Below, in pieces: positions 46,425 through 55,899 of a DNA stretch of 64,000 nucleotides. The number at the start of each line of letters is the position of its first letter. Positions within the stretch are counted from its first letter, which is position 1. The notes beneath the pieces are model-generated. The model was not told the origin of the DNA. It did not search any database and saw only the letters and a program-made list of their open reading frames with translations. A program made the position numbers and the translations under genes. The stretch comes from Phyllobacteriaceae bacterium (GTDB taxonomy: Bacteria > Pseudomonadota > Alphaproteobacteria > Rhizobiales > Rhizobiaceae): positions 5,895 to 69,894 of the forward strand of contig JANPEK010000135.1 of NCBI GenBank assembly GCA_031422915.1. Direction: 5' to 3'.

Positions 46425-46527
46425 ATATGACTTACCTAAAAGTCATATGATGATTAATGACTTATAAATAAGTCAATTTGTTGACATCATCCCGAATTTC
46501 TTATAGCCTTCCTGATGATATCAGGAA
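46425..46527. promoter_or_regulatory. hipBA control region: three palindromes bracketing a sigma70-like promoter
   Basis: P1 ATATGACTT-N6-AAGTCATAT (46425-46448), P2 TGACTTAT-aa-ATAAGTCA (46458-46475), TTGACA (46481-46486) then 15 nt then TATAGC (46502-46507), P3 TTCCTGAT-gat-ATCAGGAA (46509-46527) next to the RBS. Confidence 0.55.
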
Positions 46528-46533
46528 ATCGCA

Positions 46534-46881
46534 ATGATGCCAACGGACAAGCCTGCGGCGCGGACTTATTCCCGCTATGGGCGGGAAGCTATTGCCGTGC
46601 TTGGCCAGCTCATCCGCATCAACCGGATTGAACGCAAACTCAGCGTGGCGCAACTGGCGGAACGGGTCGGCGCGTCGCGGGATTTGATCCAGCGCATCGA
46701 GCAGGGTGACCCTCGTTGTGGCATCGGCCTTGCCTTTGAGGCAGCAGCCATCGTGGGCGTTCCGCTGTTTGAGGAAAACCGCAGTCGCTTGACGCTGCGT
46801 TTGAACGAGCAAGAAGAAAAGCTGCGGCTTCTGCCAAAATCCGTTCGCAAAAAGGCAACGGTGGTGAAGGATGACTTCTGA
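46534..46881 (+). CDS. hipB: XRE-family HTH antitoxin (HipB-like)
   Basis: ..IRINRIERKLSVAQLAERVGASRDLIQRIEQGDP.. HTH_XRE. 11-nt overlap with the downstream hipA-like gene. Confidence 0.8.
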   Translation: MMPTDKPAARTYSRYGREAIAVLGQLIRINRIERKLSVAQLAERVGASRDLIQRIEQGDPRCGIGLAFEAAAIVGVPLFEENRSRLTLRLNEQEEKLRLLPKSVRKKATVVKDDF

Positions 46882-48148
46882 CCATCGTTATGATGAGGCC
46901 TATGTTTGGATTTGGCTGCCGCACGAAACGCAACCCGTTGTCGCCGGGCGTTTGGCGCGGCAGAGCGACGGACGACTTGTGTTCAACTACGGGCAAAGCT
47001 ATTTGGCTAGAAACAATGCCATGGCGATTTATGATCCGGAATTGCCGCTGAAAGCCGGTGAAATTCCGCTGCATGACAAATTGCAATTGCCAAACTGCAT
47101 ACGCGACGCCTCGCCCGATGCGTGGGGCAGACGGATTATCCTCAACCGGACTCTGGGGTTGAAAGGGCCGAGTGCGGACAGCGCGGATCTTGACGAGCTC
47201 ACCTATCTGCTAGACTCCGGTTCTGACCGCATCGGAGCACTTGATTTTCAAGGCTCCGCAACGGTTTACGTCCCGCGCCAACAGTCAAATGCGACGCTCG
47301 AAGAGCTGTTGCAATCAGCAGAGCGTGTCGAAAATGGCGTGCTGCTGTCTCCCGATCTTGATCAGGCACTTCAAAATGGCACGTCACTAGGAGGCGCACG
47401 CCCCAAGGCGTTGATTGATGCTGATGACAGGAAGTACATCGCCAAATTCTCCGCCAGCAATGACCTCTACAATGTGGTGAAGGCGGAGTTTGTGGCGATG
47501 CGACTGGCGCATCGTGTTGGCCTCACTGTTGCCTCCGTGGAGCTGGTGCAGGCGCTTGGCAAAGATGTCCTCCTGATCGAACGCTTTGACCGTGTGGTGG
47601 TCAGCGCCGGTTGGGAGCGACGGGCGCTTGTGTCGGCATTGACGATGCTGGAACTGGACGAGTTGGAAGCCCGCTATGCAAGCTACGAGGACCTTTCCAC
47701 GTTGATCCGCCACCGGTTCACCAAGCCCAAGCAAACTCTGGAGGAACTGTTCGGGCGACTGGTGTTCAACATTCTGGTTGGCAACACGGATGATCACGCC
47801 CGCAATCACGCGGCGTTCTGGGACGGTCACATGCTTGCACTCACGCCCGCCTATGACATTTGCCCGCAAGGCAGAACGGGCGGTGAGGCGACGCAAGCGA
47901 TGTTGATCACCGGCAACAAGCGGCTCAGCCAGCTCGTGCTGTGCCTGGAATCGGCACCGCAATTCCTGATAAGCACCGATCAGGCGCGAGGCATCATCGC
48001 GGCGCAAATTGCCGGGATTCGGACGCATTGGAGCGAGGTTTGTGAAGAAGCCGGATTAAGTGATGTCGACCACGCATTCATTTCAGCATGTTTACGAATA
48101 CCGTTTCAAAATTCTGGAAAACTCCGCTCAACGAGTCGTCTGATCTAG
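46871..48148 (+). CDS. hipA: HipA-family serine/threonine kinase toxin
   Basis: ..DASPDAWGRRII..LDSGSDRIGALDF..SLGGARPKALI..IAKFSASNDLYNVVKAEFVAMRLA..LLIERFDR..VGNTDDHARNHAAFWDG..LTPAYDI.. are HipA N-terminal and catalytic motifs. Confidence 0.9.
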   Translation: MTSDHRYDEAYVWIWLPHETQPVVAGRLARQSDGRLVFNYGQSYLARNNAMAIYDPELPLKAGEIPLHDKLQLPNCIRDASPDAWGRRIILNRTLGLKGPSADSADLDELTYLLDSGSDRIGALDFQGSATVYVPRQQSNATLEELLQSAERVENGVLLSPDLDQALQNGTSLGGARPKALIDADDRKYIAKFSASNDLYNVVKAEFVAMRLAHRVGLTVASVELVQALGKDVLLIERFDRVVVSAGWERRALVSALTMLELDELEARYASYEDLSTLIRHRFTKPKQTLEELFGRLVFNILVGNTDDHARNHAAFWDGHMLALTPAYDICPQGRTGGEATQAMLITGNKRLSQLVLCLESAPQFLISTDQARGIIAAQIAGIRTHWSEVCEEAGLSDVDHAFISACLRIPFQNSGKLRSTSRLI

Positions 48149-48242
48149 AGCTGTTGTGACATCTGAATAAAATGATCAACTGGCATAATGCGATGTCGGT
48201 CAGTAGGTTGCCGACGGCTTTTATCTTGAACATATTTTAGCA

Positions 48243-48990
48243 ATGTTAAGGATCGTGCAGGAAAGCGAAATTGCGAAACTTCAATTGAAAGAGCAGGTCG
48301 CCACAAGTTTGGCCGTGGACATATCCAAGCGCTCGGTTGGCCGCATTCTATATGAACGCAAATTCAGCCGTCTTGTTCCGCGCCTGCGGCATCCCAATAG
48401 CGACGAGGCGCGCCAAGAGGCTTTTAAAAAATTCGCAAAAGCAGTGAGACAGGCGATCCCAAAAGAGGCTTGCGCAATGCCCGTTGAGGTCTGGTTCCAA
48501 GACGAAGCCAGGATTGCCAAAAGGGGACGCTGACCCGTTTGTGGGCGCGGCGCGGCTCTTGTCCACACGCTGATCAGGACACACGCTATGAATGGGCCTA
48601 TCTGATCGGCGCTGTCTGTCCCGGCCGCGCAGTCGGCGCAGCGCTCGTCATGCCCTAATCCAGCACCAATGCCATGAACAAACACTTGGCCGAGATCGCC
48701 AGCGCGTTCGCGCCTGACGCCCATGCCATTCTCGTGCTTGACAGCGCCGGACGGCATGGCAGCCAAGCACTCACTATCCCCCCCCCCAAATCTTGATGGT
48801 GACCCAGCCGCCCCGTGCGCTCGAGCTCAATCTGGTCGAAATTGTCTGGCACCATCTGCGCGCCAACAAACTCACCAACAGCCTATATCAAAATTGTCAA
48901 CACATCGTCGATGCATGTTTCAAGGCATGGAATGACTTCATGGCAAACCCGGCCCAAATTGCATCCTTTACAAGCCAAGATTGGGCGTAA
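48243..48990 (+). pseudogene. IS630-family transposase (different subgroup from 45619..46010), 5'-truncated, with frameshifts and an in-frame stop
   Basis: ..SKRSVGRILYERKFSRLVPRLRHPNSDEARQEAFKKF..VEVWFQDEARIAKRG, a frameshift, LTRLWARRGS..DTRYEWAYLIGAVCPGRAVGAALVMP-TAA(48656-48658)-SSTNAMNKHLAEIASAFAPDAHAILVLDSAG.., a C10 run at 48778-48787, then ..LELNLVEIVWHHLRANKL..ASFTSQDWA. Confidence 0.75.
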
Positions 48991-49039
48991 GTGTCATGAG
49001 TTTTGGCGATTGGTATTAGAGGGCAAATTTGTGAAAGAA

Positions 49040-49400
49040 CCAAATTAGGGCATGTGTGCACCCAAGCGCCTGATTTTGCTGCCCCTTATGCACCTGCTGC
49101 CAAGACATGGGCGCGTACCACGGTCGAATCGAACATCTGGATCAGATGTGCTGTGGAACTTAGCCCAGCCAAAGTGTCAAAGAAAACCTCGAAACCACCA
49201 GCCTTGATCAGCCAGTCAAAGCATTTCCAGACGCTGTTCCAAATGCGAAAGCGCTCCGGCAGGGCCCGCCAACTGAAGTTGTGGACGGAAAAATAGTGCA
49301 GTGCTTCGAGAAAAAGCCGATCGTCCTGATCCTTCGCCCCGCTGCGCGGCATAAACGCCCGGAAAACCGTCAACGCGTTCACAAAGTCGATGTCGCTCAT
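49040..49400 (-). pseudogene. IS5-family (IS427/IS1031-like) transposase N-terminal fragment
   Basis: MSDIDFVNALTVFRAFMPRSGAKDQDDRLFLEALHYFSVHNFSWRALPERFRIWNSVWKCFDWLIKAGGFEVFF..MFDSTVVRAHVLAAGA, then a frameshift, KGQQNQALG, and truncation. Confidence 0.6.
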
Positions 49401-49739
49401 CTTCGTGTGGACATCGCCGAGTCTCCAACTCGACCGGCCTTCCATGAATCACAGAGTTGGGCGCAAAGGAATCCCAAGTCATATACTTGACACTGAACTC
49501 CCAAATCCTTCGATAGTTGTCGGTTGGAAATCAGTTTCTGACAGGATTTCCGCGTCGAGTTCGCCGACGTTGCTGCGAGGTCGAATAGACGCCCGTCTAA
49601 TTTTGTGAAAAGCTCGTGTTATCAGTATGATGGGAAAATGTGCGACTTTACCAATAGAATCCCCCACTCGCTGGAGCTATTTCCATTGCGGAAGCAAAGA
49701 AGAAGAATTGAATAGAAAACTGGCTTAATGACGCAAGAT

Positions 49740-50529
49740 AAGACGTTCGTGAATTTAAAGAGCAACGTCCATTCTGCTCCGCATTGACGCTGCCAGTTTT
49801 GACGGCATTGGCCTGACGCGGACAGAATTCCTGTTTGAGGGCGGCCATTTGCCAGACGAAAATCATCATATGGACGTATACATATGGACGATTGAGTGGG
49901 CCACCGGCCGGCCGGTGACGATCAGTACACTGGATGCCGGTGGCGACAGGTGTGACCTTCCAGGACGAGCCAAATCCGTTCCTTGGCATCCGCGGATATC
50001 GCCTATTACGCATACGCAAAGACATTTTCGCGACGCAATTGCGGGCCTTGGCCCGACAAGCTGTTTTTGGGCCTCTCAAGGTCATGAATCCGATGGTAAC
50101 CGTGCGTTCTGAAATGGCCGAGTTCAGCACAATATATACCGACGTCATCAACAGTTTGCGCATTGAAGGCACTGACTGTGCGGTTCCGTCATTGGGCGTC
50201 CGATCGAAGTGCCGGCCGCAGCTCTGGACGCTGACAGCATCGATGCAGACTTATTTTCCATTGGATCAAATGACCTCGTTCAATATGTGACCGCGTGCGC
50301 AAGGGACAACGCCTTGCTGGCGCACCTTGCCCAAGCAGACAATCCGGCAGTGATCAAACTCATAGGCATGGTTGCCGCGACGGGACTGCAACAAGACAAG
50401 GAAGTCAGCGTCTGCGGCGACATGGCCTCGACGCCTGCTTTGGTTCCGTTACTGTTGAAGGCAGGCATCGGCAGCCTTTCTGTTGCGATTGCGCAAGCGC
50501 CAGTTGTCAAAGAAAAAAACGGGGTTGGG
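49740..50529 (+). pseudogene. PEP-utilising enzyme (PTS Enzyme I-like) C-terminal domain, 5'-truncated with at least three frameshifts
   Basis: ..DGIGLTRTEFLFEGGHLPDEN..GRPVTISTLDAGGDR / ..DEPNPFLGIRGYRLLRIRKDIFATQLRALARQAVFGPLKVMNPMV.. / ..PAAALDADSIDADLFSIGSNDLVQYVTACARDN..VCGDMASTPALVPLLLKAGIGSLSV.. are read in three different frames. Confidence 0.65.
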
Positions 50530-51006
50530 ATGGTCGAGAACAGCTTGGAGGCGGGATCTGTGCCTGAAAAACCGGACGAGAACGACGACCTGATTGGTGC
50601 CTACAAGGACTTGATCCGCAGCTATTTGGCGATCAGACCATCAGGATTGCGCAAGAAAATCTCCGACGCCATCGGCACAAACCGAAGCTTTGTGACCCAG
50701 ATCACCAACCCGAACTACCGGGTTCCCATTCCGTCGCAATACATTTCGAAGATCATGGATGTCTGCCATCTGACAGTGGTCGAGCGGTCCAACTTCATGA
50801 ATGCCTACCTGGCAGCGCACCCGGGCCAGGCGGATTTGCTGAACGCAAGGTCATCCGCCAAGGAAGCATCCTTTACGGTTGATCTTTCGACTGTCGAGGA
50901 CGTGGAAACAAGAGAGATGATCAAGCGATCGCTGCGCAGTGTCGCAGAGACTCTGATCGCCATGTCCAACAGGGACAAGACCGAAAAGCAGGATCCAGGC
51001 CGATGA
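50530..51006 (+). CDS. Hypothetical protein with an HTH-like segment (currently fused in frame to the EI remnant)
   Basis: MVENSLEAGSVPEKPDENDDLIGAYKDLIRSYLAIRPSGLRKKISDAIGTNRSFVTQITNPNYRVPIPSQYISKIMDVCHLTVVERSNFMNAYL... ATGA overlap with the dhaK remnant. No family recognised with confidence. Confidence 0.35.
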   Translation: MVENSLEAGSVPEKPDENDDLIGAYKDLIRSYLAIRPSGLRKKISDAIGTNRSFVTQITNPNYRVPIPSQYISKIMDVCHLTVVERSNFMNAYLAAHPGQADLLNARSSAKEASFTVDLSTVEDVETREMIKRSLRSVAETLIAMSNRDKTEKQDPGR

Positions 51007-51286
51007 AGAAAATCCTAAACAGTCCGCAATCCGCGCTTGCGGAGTGTCTCACAGGAATGGCCCTCGCCCATGGCGACCGGCTCACCTATCATGAGCAGGG
51101 TCGTTTCATCGCACGCCGCGATCGCAAGAGTGCCGGCAAAGTCGCGTTGATCTCCGGGGGTGGCTCAGGCCATGAGCCGATGCATGCGGGCTATGTCATG
51201 AGGCCAGAAGCCTGAATGGTGTTGCCGATCCCGGTGCAGAGGCTGTCGCACGCATTTTCGAAAGCTTGGCGAACGAGCTTCGCTGA
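51003..51286 (+). pseudogene. Dihydroxyacetone kinase relic with a large internal deletion
   Basis: N-terminus MKKILNSPQSALAECL..GKVALISGGGSGHEPMHAGYV (stop at 51213-51215), then in another frame LNGVADPGAEAVARIFESLANELR-stop. This is the extreme C-terminus, comparable with ..HVDPGAEAVARLFEYLAL of the intact gene at 36772..38391. Confidence 0.7.
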
Positions 51287-51308
51287 ATGCGCGCAGGCGG
51301 TTTGGACG

Positions 51309-52133
51309 CTATTCTGAATCCATCAACAACTTCGCCGCCGCAGTCCGCAGTGCCGATACCGTTGGCGTGAGCAACTTGATGTGGTCGAACTCGCCAGATT
51401 GGTCATGAATCGACCTCCGCAGCGCCTGTCCGAAGGCCATGCGCAGCTCGGTGCCAATGTTGAATTTTGAGACGCGCGTTGTCCGCGCAAGCAAACGCCT
51501 GATGTCATTTGGCACGCCGCTGCCTCCATGAATGACCAGAGGCAGGCGGGTGACCGCTTCAATAGAACGCAGTGCATCCATGTCTATGCCGTTGGTCTTT
51601 TCAGTGTTGAGATGAACATTCCCGACCGAGATGGCAAGCGCATCCGCGCCGGTCTCAAGGTCAAAGCGCCGCGCCTCTTGCGGATCTGTAAACCGTCCGG
51701 CCTCACCGCTGGAATAGCCGACAAATCCGACCTCTCCTTCAACCGAAACACCGTGTGATTTTGCCTCCGCCACAACTCTTGAAGTGAGCGCGATGTTTTC
51801 ATCGATCAACAGGCGGGAACCATCGATCATCACCGATGAAAAACCATGGTCGATGCCTTCGCGGCATTCATCTAGTGTGTAGGCGTGATCGATGTGACAG
51901 ACGACCTGAGCGCGCGACTGTTCCGCAAGGTAGCGGAACATTTTGCCGAGGATTGGCACCGGCATATTCTTTCGGCACGCAGGACCGGCTTGCAGGATCA
52001 CAGGCTGTCCGGTTTCGTCGGCCGCTTCAACAAAGGCGCGCGCTTCCTCCCAGCCAAGAACAACAAGCCCCAAAACGGCGCGTCCCTCGCCCATTGCAGG
52101 GATGAGAACATCTTTGAGCGATGCGACGGTCAT
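51309..52133 (-). CDS. Class II ketose-bisphosphate aldolase family protein (IolJ-like position in the cluster)
   Basis: ..AVLGLVVLGWEEARAFVEAADETGQPVILQ..HIDHAYTLDEC..FSSVMIDGS..VEGEVG..ALAISVGNVHL..PLVIHGGSG.. are class II FBA/TBP aldolase blocks. 4-nt overlap with iolB. Confidence 0.8.
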   Translation of the reverse strand: MTVASLKDVLIPAMGEGRAVLGLVVLGWEEARAFVEAADETGQPVILQAGPACRKNMPVPILGKMFRYLAEQSRAQVVCHIDHAYTLDECREGIDHGFSSVMIDGSRLLIDENIALTSRVVAEAKSHGVSVEGEVGFVGYSSGEAGRFTDPQEARRFDLETGADALAISVGNVHLNTEKTNGIDMDALRSIEAVTRLPLVIHGGSGVPNDIRRLLARTTRVSKFNIGTELRMAFGQALRRSIHDQSGEFDHIKLLTPTVSALRTAAAKLLMDSE

Positions 52134-52972
52134 TTGAACTTTGCAATCATGTCCTTGATGCCGGGGATGGTCTCGATCTGATGGGCATGGCTTGGCTGGA
52201 AGAACTGAACGAGCGGACGCTGCGTGAGCCCGCCAAGAATTGTGAAATAGTACATCTCATATCCTGGTGCGACAACACAAGGATGATATCCCTTCTCCAA
52301 CACCACTGTTGAACCGTCAAGCAAGTGATAGGCATCTCCAACCTTGCCATCTTCCCGTTGCACCAGTTGCAGACCGAATCCGTTATTGGGGCGAAAACGG
52401 AAATTGTAAGTCTCATCGTGGCGGGTTTCCAGCGGCAGCCGGTCTGTGTCGTGCTTGTGTGGCGGAAAGCCTGACCAGCCGCCCTGCCCTACCGTGAACA
52501 ACTCCGAGACGAGAAGGCGGCCGACCCTGTCACGGTACTTGGTGCCCAATATGTGTTTGATCTTGCGATGGGTCTTGGTTTCATCCGACCCGTATTGAAC
52601 ACGGTCAATATCCGCCTCGCGCACAGCAAACGGTTCCAGCACGATCTCGAATTTGGCACCGGCGACAAATATCTCCGCATTGTCCGAACGACATACCAAC
52701 AGGGCTTTGGCACCAGTTGGGCAATAGACTCCCTCCGGCTCGCCGTCCCAGACATCGCTTCCGCGCTTCCCGATGTCCTCAAACTTGATCCCTTCAATTT
52801 CGACATCGATGGTCCCGGTCGCGGGGACGATACCAGTCTCGTACCCCCGGACCTGATACTCGAACGCCTCCCCGCGTTTCAGTTTGACGATGTTGAAATA
52901 ATTCAGCGGCACCCTCATGTCTTCCACATCAACGATTGGACGATTGTAGTTGTCGTAAGGAGCAATGTGCAT
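52130..52972 (-). CDS. iolB: 5-deoxy-glucuronate isomerase
   Basis: ..LNYFNIVKLKRGEAFEY..LLVSELFTVGQGGWSGFPPHKHDTD..ETRHDETYNFRF..GYHPCVVAPGYEMYYFTIL.. matches the KduI/IolB family pattern. Confidence 0.85.
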   Translation of the reverse strand: MHIAPYDNYNRPIVDVEDMRVPLNYFNIVKLKRGEAFEYQVRGYETGIVPATGTIDVEIEGIKFEDIGKRGSDVWDGEPEGVYCPTGAKALLVCRSDNAEIFVAGAKFEIVLEPFAVREADIDRVQYGSDETKTHRKIKHILGTKYRDRVGRLLVSELFTVGQGGWSGFPPHKHDTDRLPLETRHDETYNFRFRPNNGFGLQLVQREDGKVGDAYHLLDGSTVVLEKGYHPCVVAPGYEMYYFTILGGLTQRPLVQFFQPSHAHQIETIPGIKDMIAKFK

Positions 52973-52978
52973 CAGGGA

Positions 52979-53947
52979 TCAATTCGCAGTTCGAGTGGCA
53001 ATAAATGCGGCGAGTTCTTCGCGTGTCGGACTTGCTGGAGCGCAGCCTACACGGGTCACAACGATTGCAGCCGAGGCAGACCCATGTCGCACCGTCTCGT
53101 AAAGTGTAACGCCGGTTGCAAATGCCGTGCAAAACCCCGCGAGAAAAGCATCGCCGGCGCCGGTGGGTTTGATGGCGTTGACGGGGAACACCGGAAGCTC
53201 AAATGACCCTGCATTTGAGAACGTCACCGATCCGCGCTCACCAAGCTTGTATATGGCAATCACATCGGGCTTTGCCGCCAGCTGGCGAGCCAGATCAAGA
53301 CCGCCACCGTCTCGTCCGGCAATAAGATCAAATTCAATATCATTGCCCACGACAATATCCGCCACCTCAGCGGCTTGGCGGCAGACGCGCTGCGCTTCCG
53401 AACGCGATGTCCAGCTGTAAGGCCGGTAATCAATGTCAATGATCACAGGCAGCTTGGCAAGATTGGCGCGATGCAACAGATCAAGGCACGCTGTGCGCGA
53501 TGGATCCATCGCAAGAGCTGTGCCGGTCATCACGAGCGCGCCAAAATCTGAAAGATCAGCTCTGCCGACTTGCTGCCCGGACAAAAGGAAATCAGCTGCA
53601 TTGTTCCGGTAGATAACCGATTGGCAATTGTCGACGCGTGTTTCAACCACGGCCAAAGACGTTCGGGTCTCGCCTTTGACGGTGGAAATGTATCGGGCGT
53701 CAACGCCATACATCGCAAGCTGCGCGGAGATATATCGACCTACCGCGTCATCTGAAACAGCGGTCAAAAGCGCCGCCCTCCCGCCCAGCCGGCATATGCC
53801 GACAGCAATATTGGCGGCAGACCCACCGAGTGCGGACTTGAAGCCTGTTGCCTCTTCAATTTTGGCTCCTGGCGGGTCGGCGTATAGATCGAGCCCGGCA
53901 CGCCCGACGACCAGGAATTGATTGCGGCTGAAGCGTTGTGCATCCAT
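52979..53947 (-). CDS. iolC: 5-dehydro-2-deoxygluconokinase (PfkB family)
   Basis: ..VVGRAGLDLYADPPG..GGSAANIAVGICRLGG..VETRVDNCQSVIYRNNAADF..KPTGAGDAFLAGF.. PfkB motifs with IolC-type context between iolD and iolB. Confidence 0.8.
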   Translation of the reverse strand: MDAQRFSRNQFLVVGRAGLDLYADPPGAKIEEATGFKSALGGSAANIAVGICRLGGRAALLTAVSDDAVGRYISAQLAMYGVDARYISTVKGETRTSLAVVETRVDNCQSVIYRNNAADFLLSGQQVGRADLSDFGALVMTGTALAMDPSRTACLDLLHRANLAKLPVIIDIDYRPYSWTSRSEAQRVCRQAAEVADIVVGNDIEFDLIAGRDGGGLDLARQLAAKPDVIAIYKLGERGSVTFSNAGSFELPVFPVNAIKPTGAGDAFLAGFCTAFATGVTLYETVRHGSASAAIVVTRVGCAPASPTREELAAFIATRTAN

Positions 53948-53950
53948 TTT

Positions 53951-55843
53951 CTAAACCCCGACGCGCTGGCGCGCCCGTCCAGCCTCTATTTTGGCATGCG
54001 CCCTAGAAATGGCTTTGCTTGCAGAAACTTCCGGTGATCCGACTTCCCACCAGGTGTGACCTTCGCCTGTCCAACCATCAAAAGCATCAACCTTGAGCGA
54101 AATGACATAGGTCCGATCAGATGCCTTGGCGCGCGCAAAGGCTTCCTTGAGACCGGAGATCGATTCTACCAATTCAGCGCTTGCACCCATCGCGCGGGCG
54201 TGGGCCACAAAATCGACGGCAAACGGTTCAACGGCAATGTTGCAGTCGGCAATGAGATTGTTGAACGAGACGTTTCCGGTGTTGTTCTGCAATTTGTTGA
54301 TGACTGCAAAGCCGCCATTGTCACATACGATGATGATCAGTTTCTTGCCTGTCAGGACAGACGAATAAATATCCGAATTCATGATCAGGTATGAGCCGTC
54401 ACCGGTGAACACGATCGTGTCCTGCTCAGGCTCGCCTTCCATTTGGGCAATGCGCGCCCCCCAACCGCCAGCAATCTCATAGCCCATGCAAGAGTAGCCA
54501 AACTCCACATCGACCGAGCCAAACGACTTGGTGCGCCAATTGGCCATGACTTCCGCCGGAAGGCCGCCAGCCGCCGCCACGATGCGGTCACGCGGTCCGC
54601 AGACTGCGTTTATCGCGCCAATGACCTGCGCGTAGGACATCAGGCGATTGGTTCCGCTGGCAGTGAACGGGTTGGTGTTGCCATCAACATATGTGTTCCA
54701 TTTGTCGCGCTCCCGGGCGGCAAACCGACCCCAAGATATGGGTGCTTGATAGGTATCCAGATCTGAACTCAGGTGGAGAAGCGCGTGCCGTGCATCCCCT
54801 ACAACTGCAAGCGAGCGATGCTTGGTCGCATCAAAGCGGCCAACATTGATCGAAACAATCTTCGCCGTCCTGGAGAAAGCGGTCCACGAGCCCGTGGTGA
54901 AATCCTGCAGCCGTGTGCCAACAGCCAAAATCACATCGGCTTTTCCGGCTAAACTATTTGCAGAATTTGAACCGGTAACACCGATGGGCCCGCAATTCAG
55001 CGGATGCTCGAACAGCATGTTGGCGCGCCCGGCGATGGTTTCACATACTGGAATCCCATGTTTCTGCGCAAAAGCGGCAAGCTCATCCGTGGCACCAGAA
55101 TATTGCACGCCACCACCGGCGATGATGAGCGGCGCTTTGGCGGTTCTCAACAAAGCGGCCGCGTCGGCGATATCGCGCTCGTCAGGCACTTGTCTGCGAA
55201 TGCGATGAACACGGTCTTCAAAAAATTCAACCGGATAATTATAGGCCCAGCCTTGCACATCCTGCGGCAAGGCAAGAAAAGCCGGGCCGCAATCTGCAGG
55301 GTCCAGCATCGTTGCAATGGCATTTGGCAATGATTGGATCAGTTGAGCCGGATGCATTATGCGGTCCCAATAACGAGTGACCGGTTTGAACGCGTCGGTA
55401 ACTGAAATTGCCGGATTGTTGAAATGCTCAACCTGCTGAAGCACCGGATCGGGCAAGCGGGTGGCGTAGCCGTCGCCGCAAATCATCAGAAGCGGCAAAC
55501 GGTTGGTATGGGCAATCGCCGCAGCCGTAACCATGTTGGTCGTGCCGGGTCCGGCAGACGCCGTAACAAACATGAACTGTCGGCGCAGCTTCTGCTTGGC
55601 ATAAGCGATACCGGCCATAGCCATGCTCTGCTCGTTCTGTCCTCGCCACACCGGCAATTCAAGCCGGTGGTTGAACAGCGCTTCCCCAAGGCACGTCACA
55701 TTGCCGTGCCCGAAGATTGCGAATCCGCCGCCGCAAAGCCGCGTTTTCTTGCCGTCGATTTCAATGAATTGAGCCGCCAAATGCCGCACAAGCGCTTGCG
55801 CCATGGTCAGCCGAACAGTGGAAAAAGGTGCATTCTGTTTCAA
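53951..55843 (-). CDS. iolD: 3D-(3,5/4)-trihydroxycyclohexane-1,2-dione acylhydrolase (ThDP-dependent)
   Basis: 630 aa. ..RLTMAQALVRHLAAQ..FAIFGHGNV..GPGTTNMVTAAAIAH..GYSCMGYEIAGGWGA..FTGDGSYLIMNSDIYSSV.. are ThDP-enzyme blocks in the IolD arrangement. Confidence 0.9.
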   Translation of the reverse strand: MKQNAPFSTVRLTMAQALVRHLAAQFIEIDGKKTRLCGGGFAIFGHGNVTCLGEALFNHRLELPVWRGQNEQSMAMAGIAYAKQKLRRQFMFVTASAGPGTTNMVTAAAIAHTNRLPLLMICGDGYATRLPDPVLQQVEHFNNPAISVTDAFKPVTRYWDRIMHPAQLIQSLPNAIATMLDPADCGPAFLALPQDVQGWAYNYPVEFFEDRVHRIRRQVPDERDIADAAALLRTAKAPLIIAGGGVQYSGATDELAAFAQKHGIPVCETIAGRANMLFEHPLNCGPIGVTGSNSANSLAGKADVILAVGTRLQDFTTGSWTAFSRTAKIVSINVGRFDATKHRSLAVVGDARHALLHLSSDLDTYQAPISWGRFAARERDKWNTYVDGNTNPFTASGTNRLMSYAQVIGAINAVCGPRDRIVAAAGGLPAEVMANWRTKSFGSVDVEFGYSCMGYEIAGGWGARIAQMEGEPEQDTIVFTGDGSYLIMNSDIYSSVLTGKKLIIIVCDNGGFAVINKLQNNTGNVSFNNLIADCNIAVEPFAVDFVAHARAMGASAELVESISGLKEAFARAKASDRTYVISLKVDAFDGWTGEGHTWWEVGSPEVSASKAISRAHAKIEAGRARQRVGV

Positions 55844-55899
55844 ATCACAGCTCCAGACTTGCCAAATCCTGACGTCATGCTAAATGCACTTTTGTTGCT

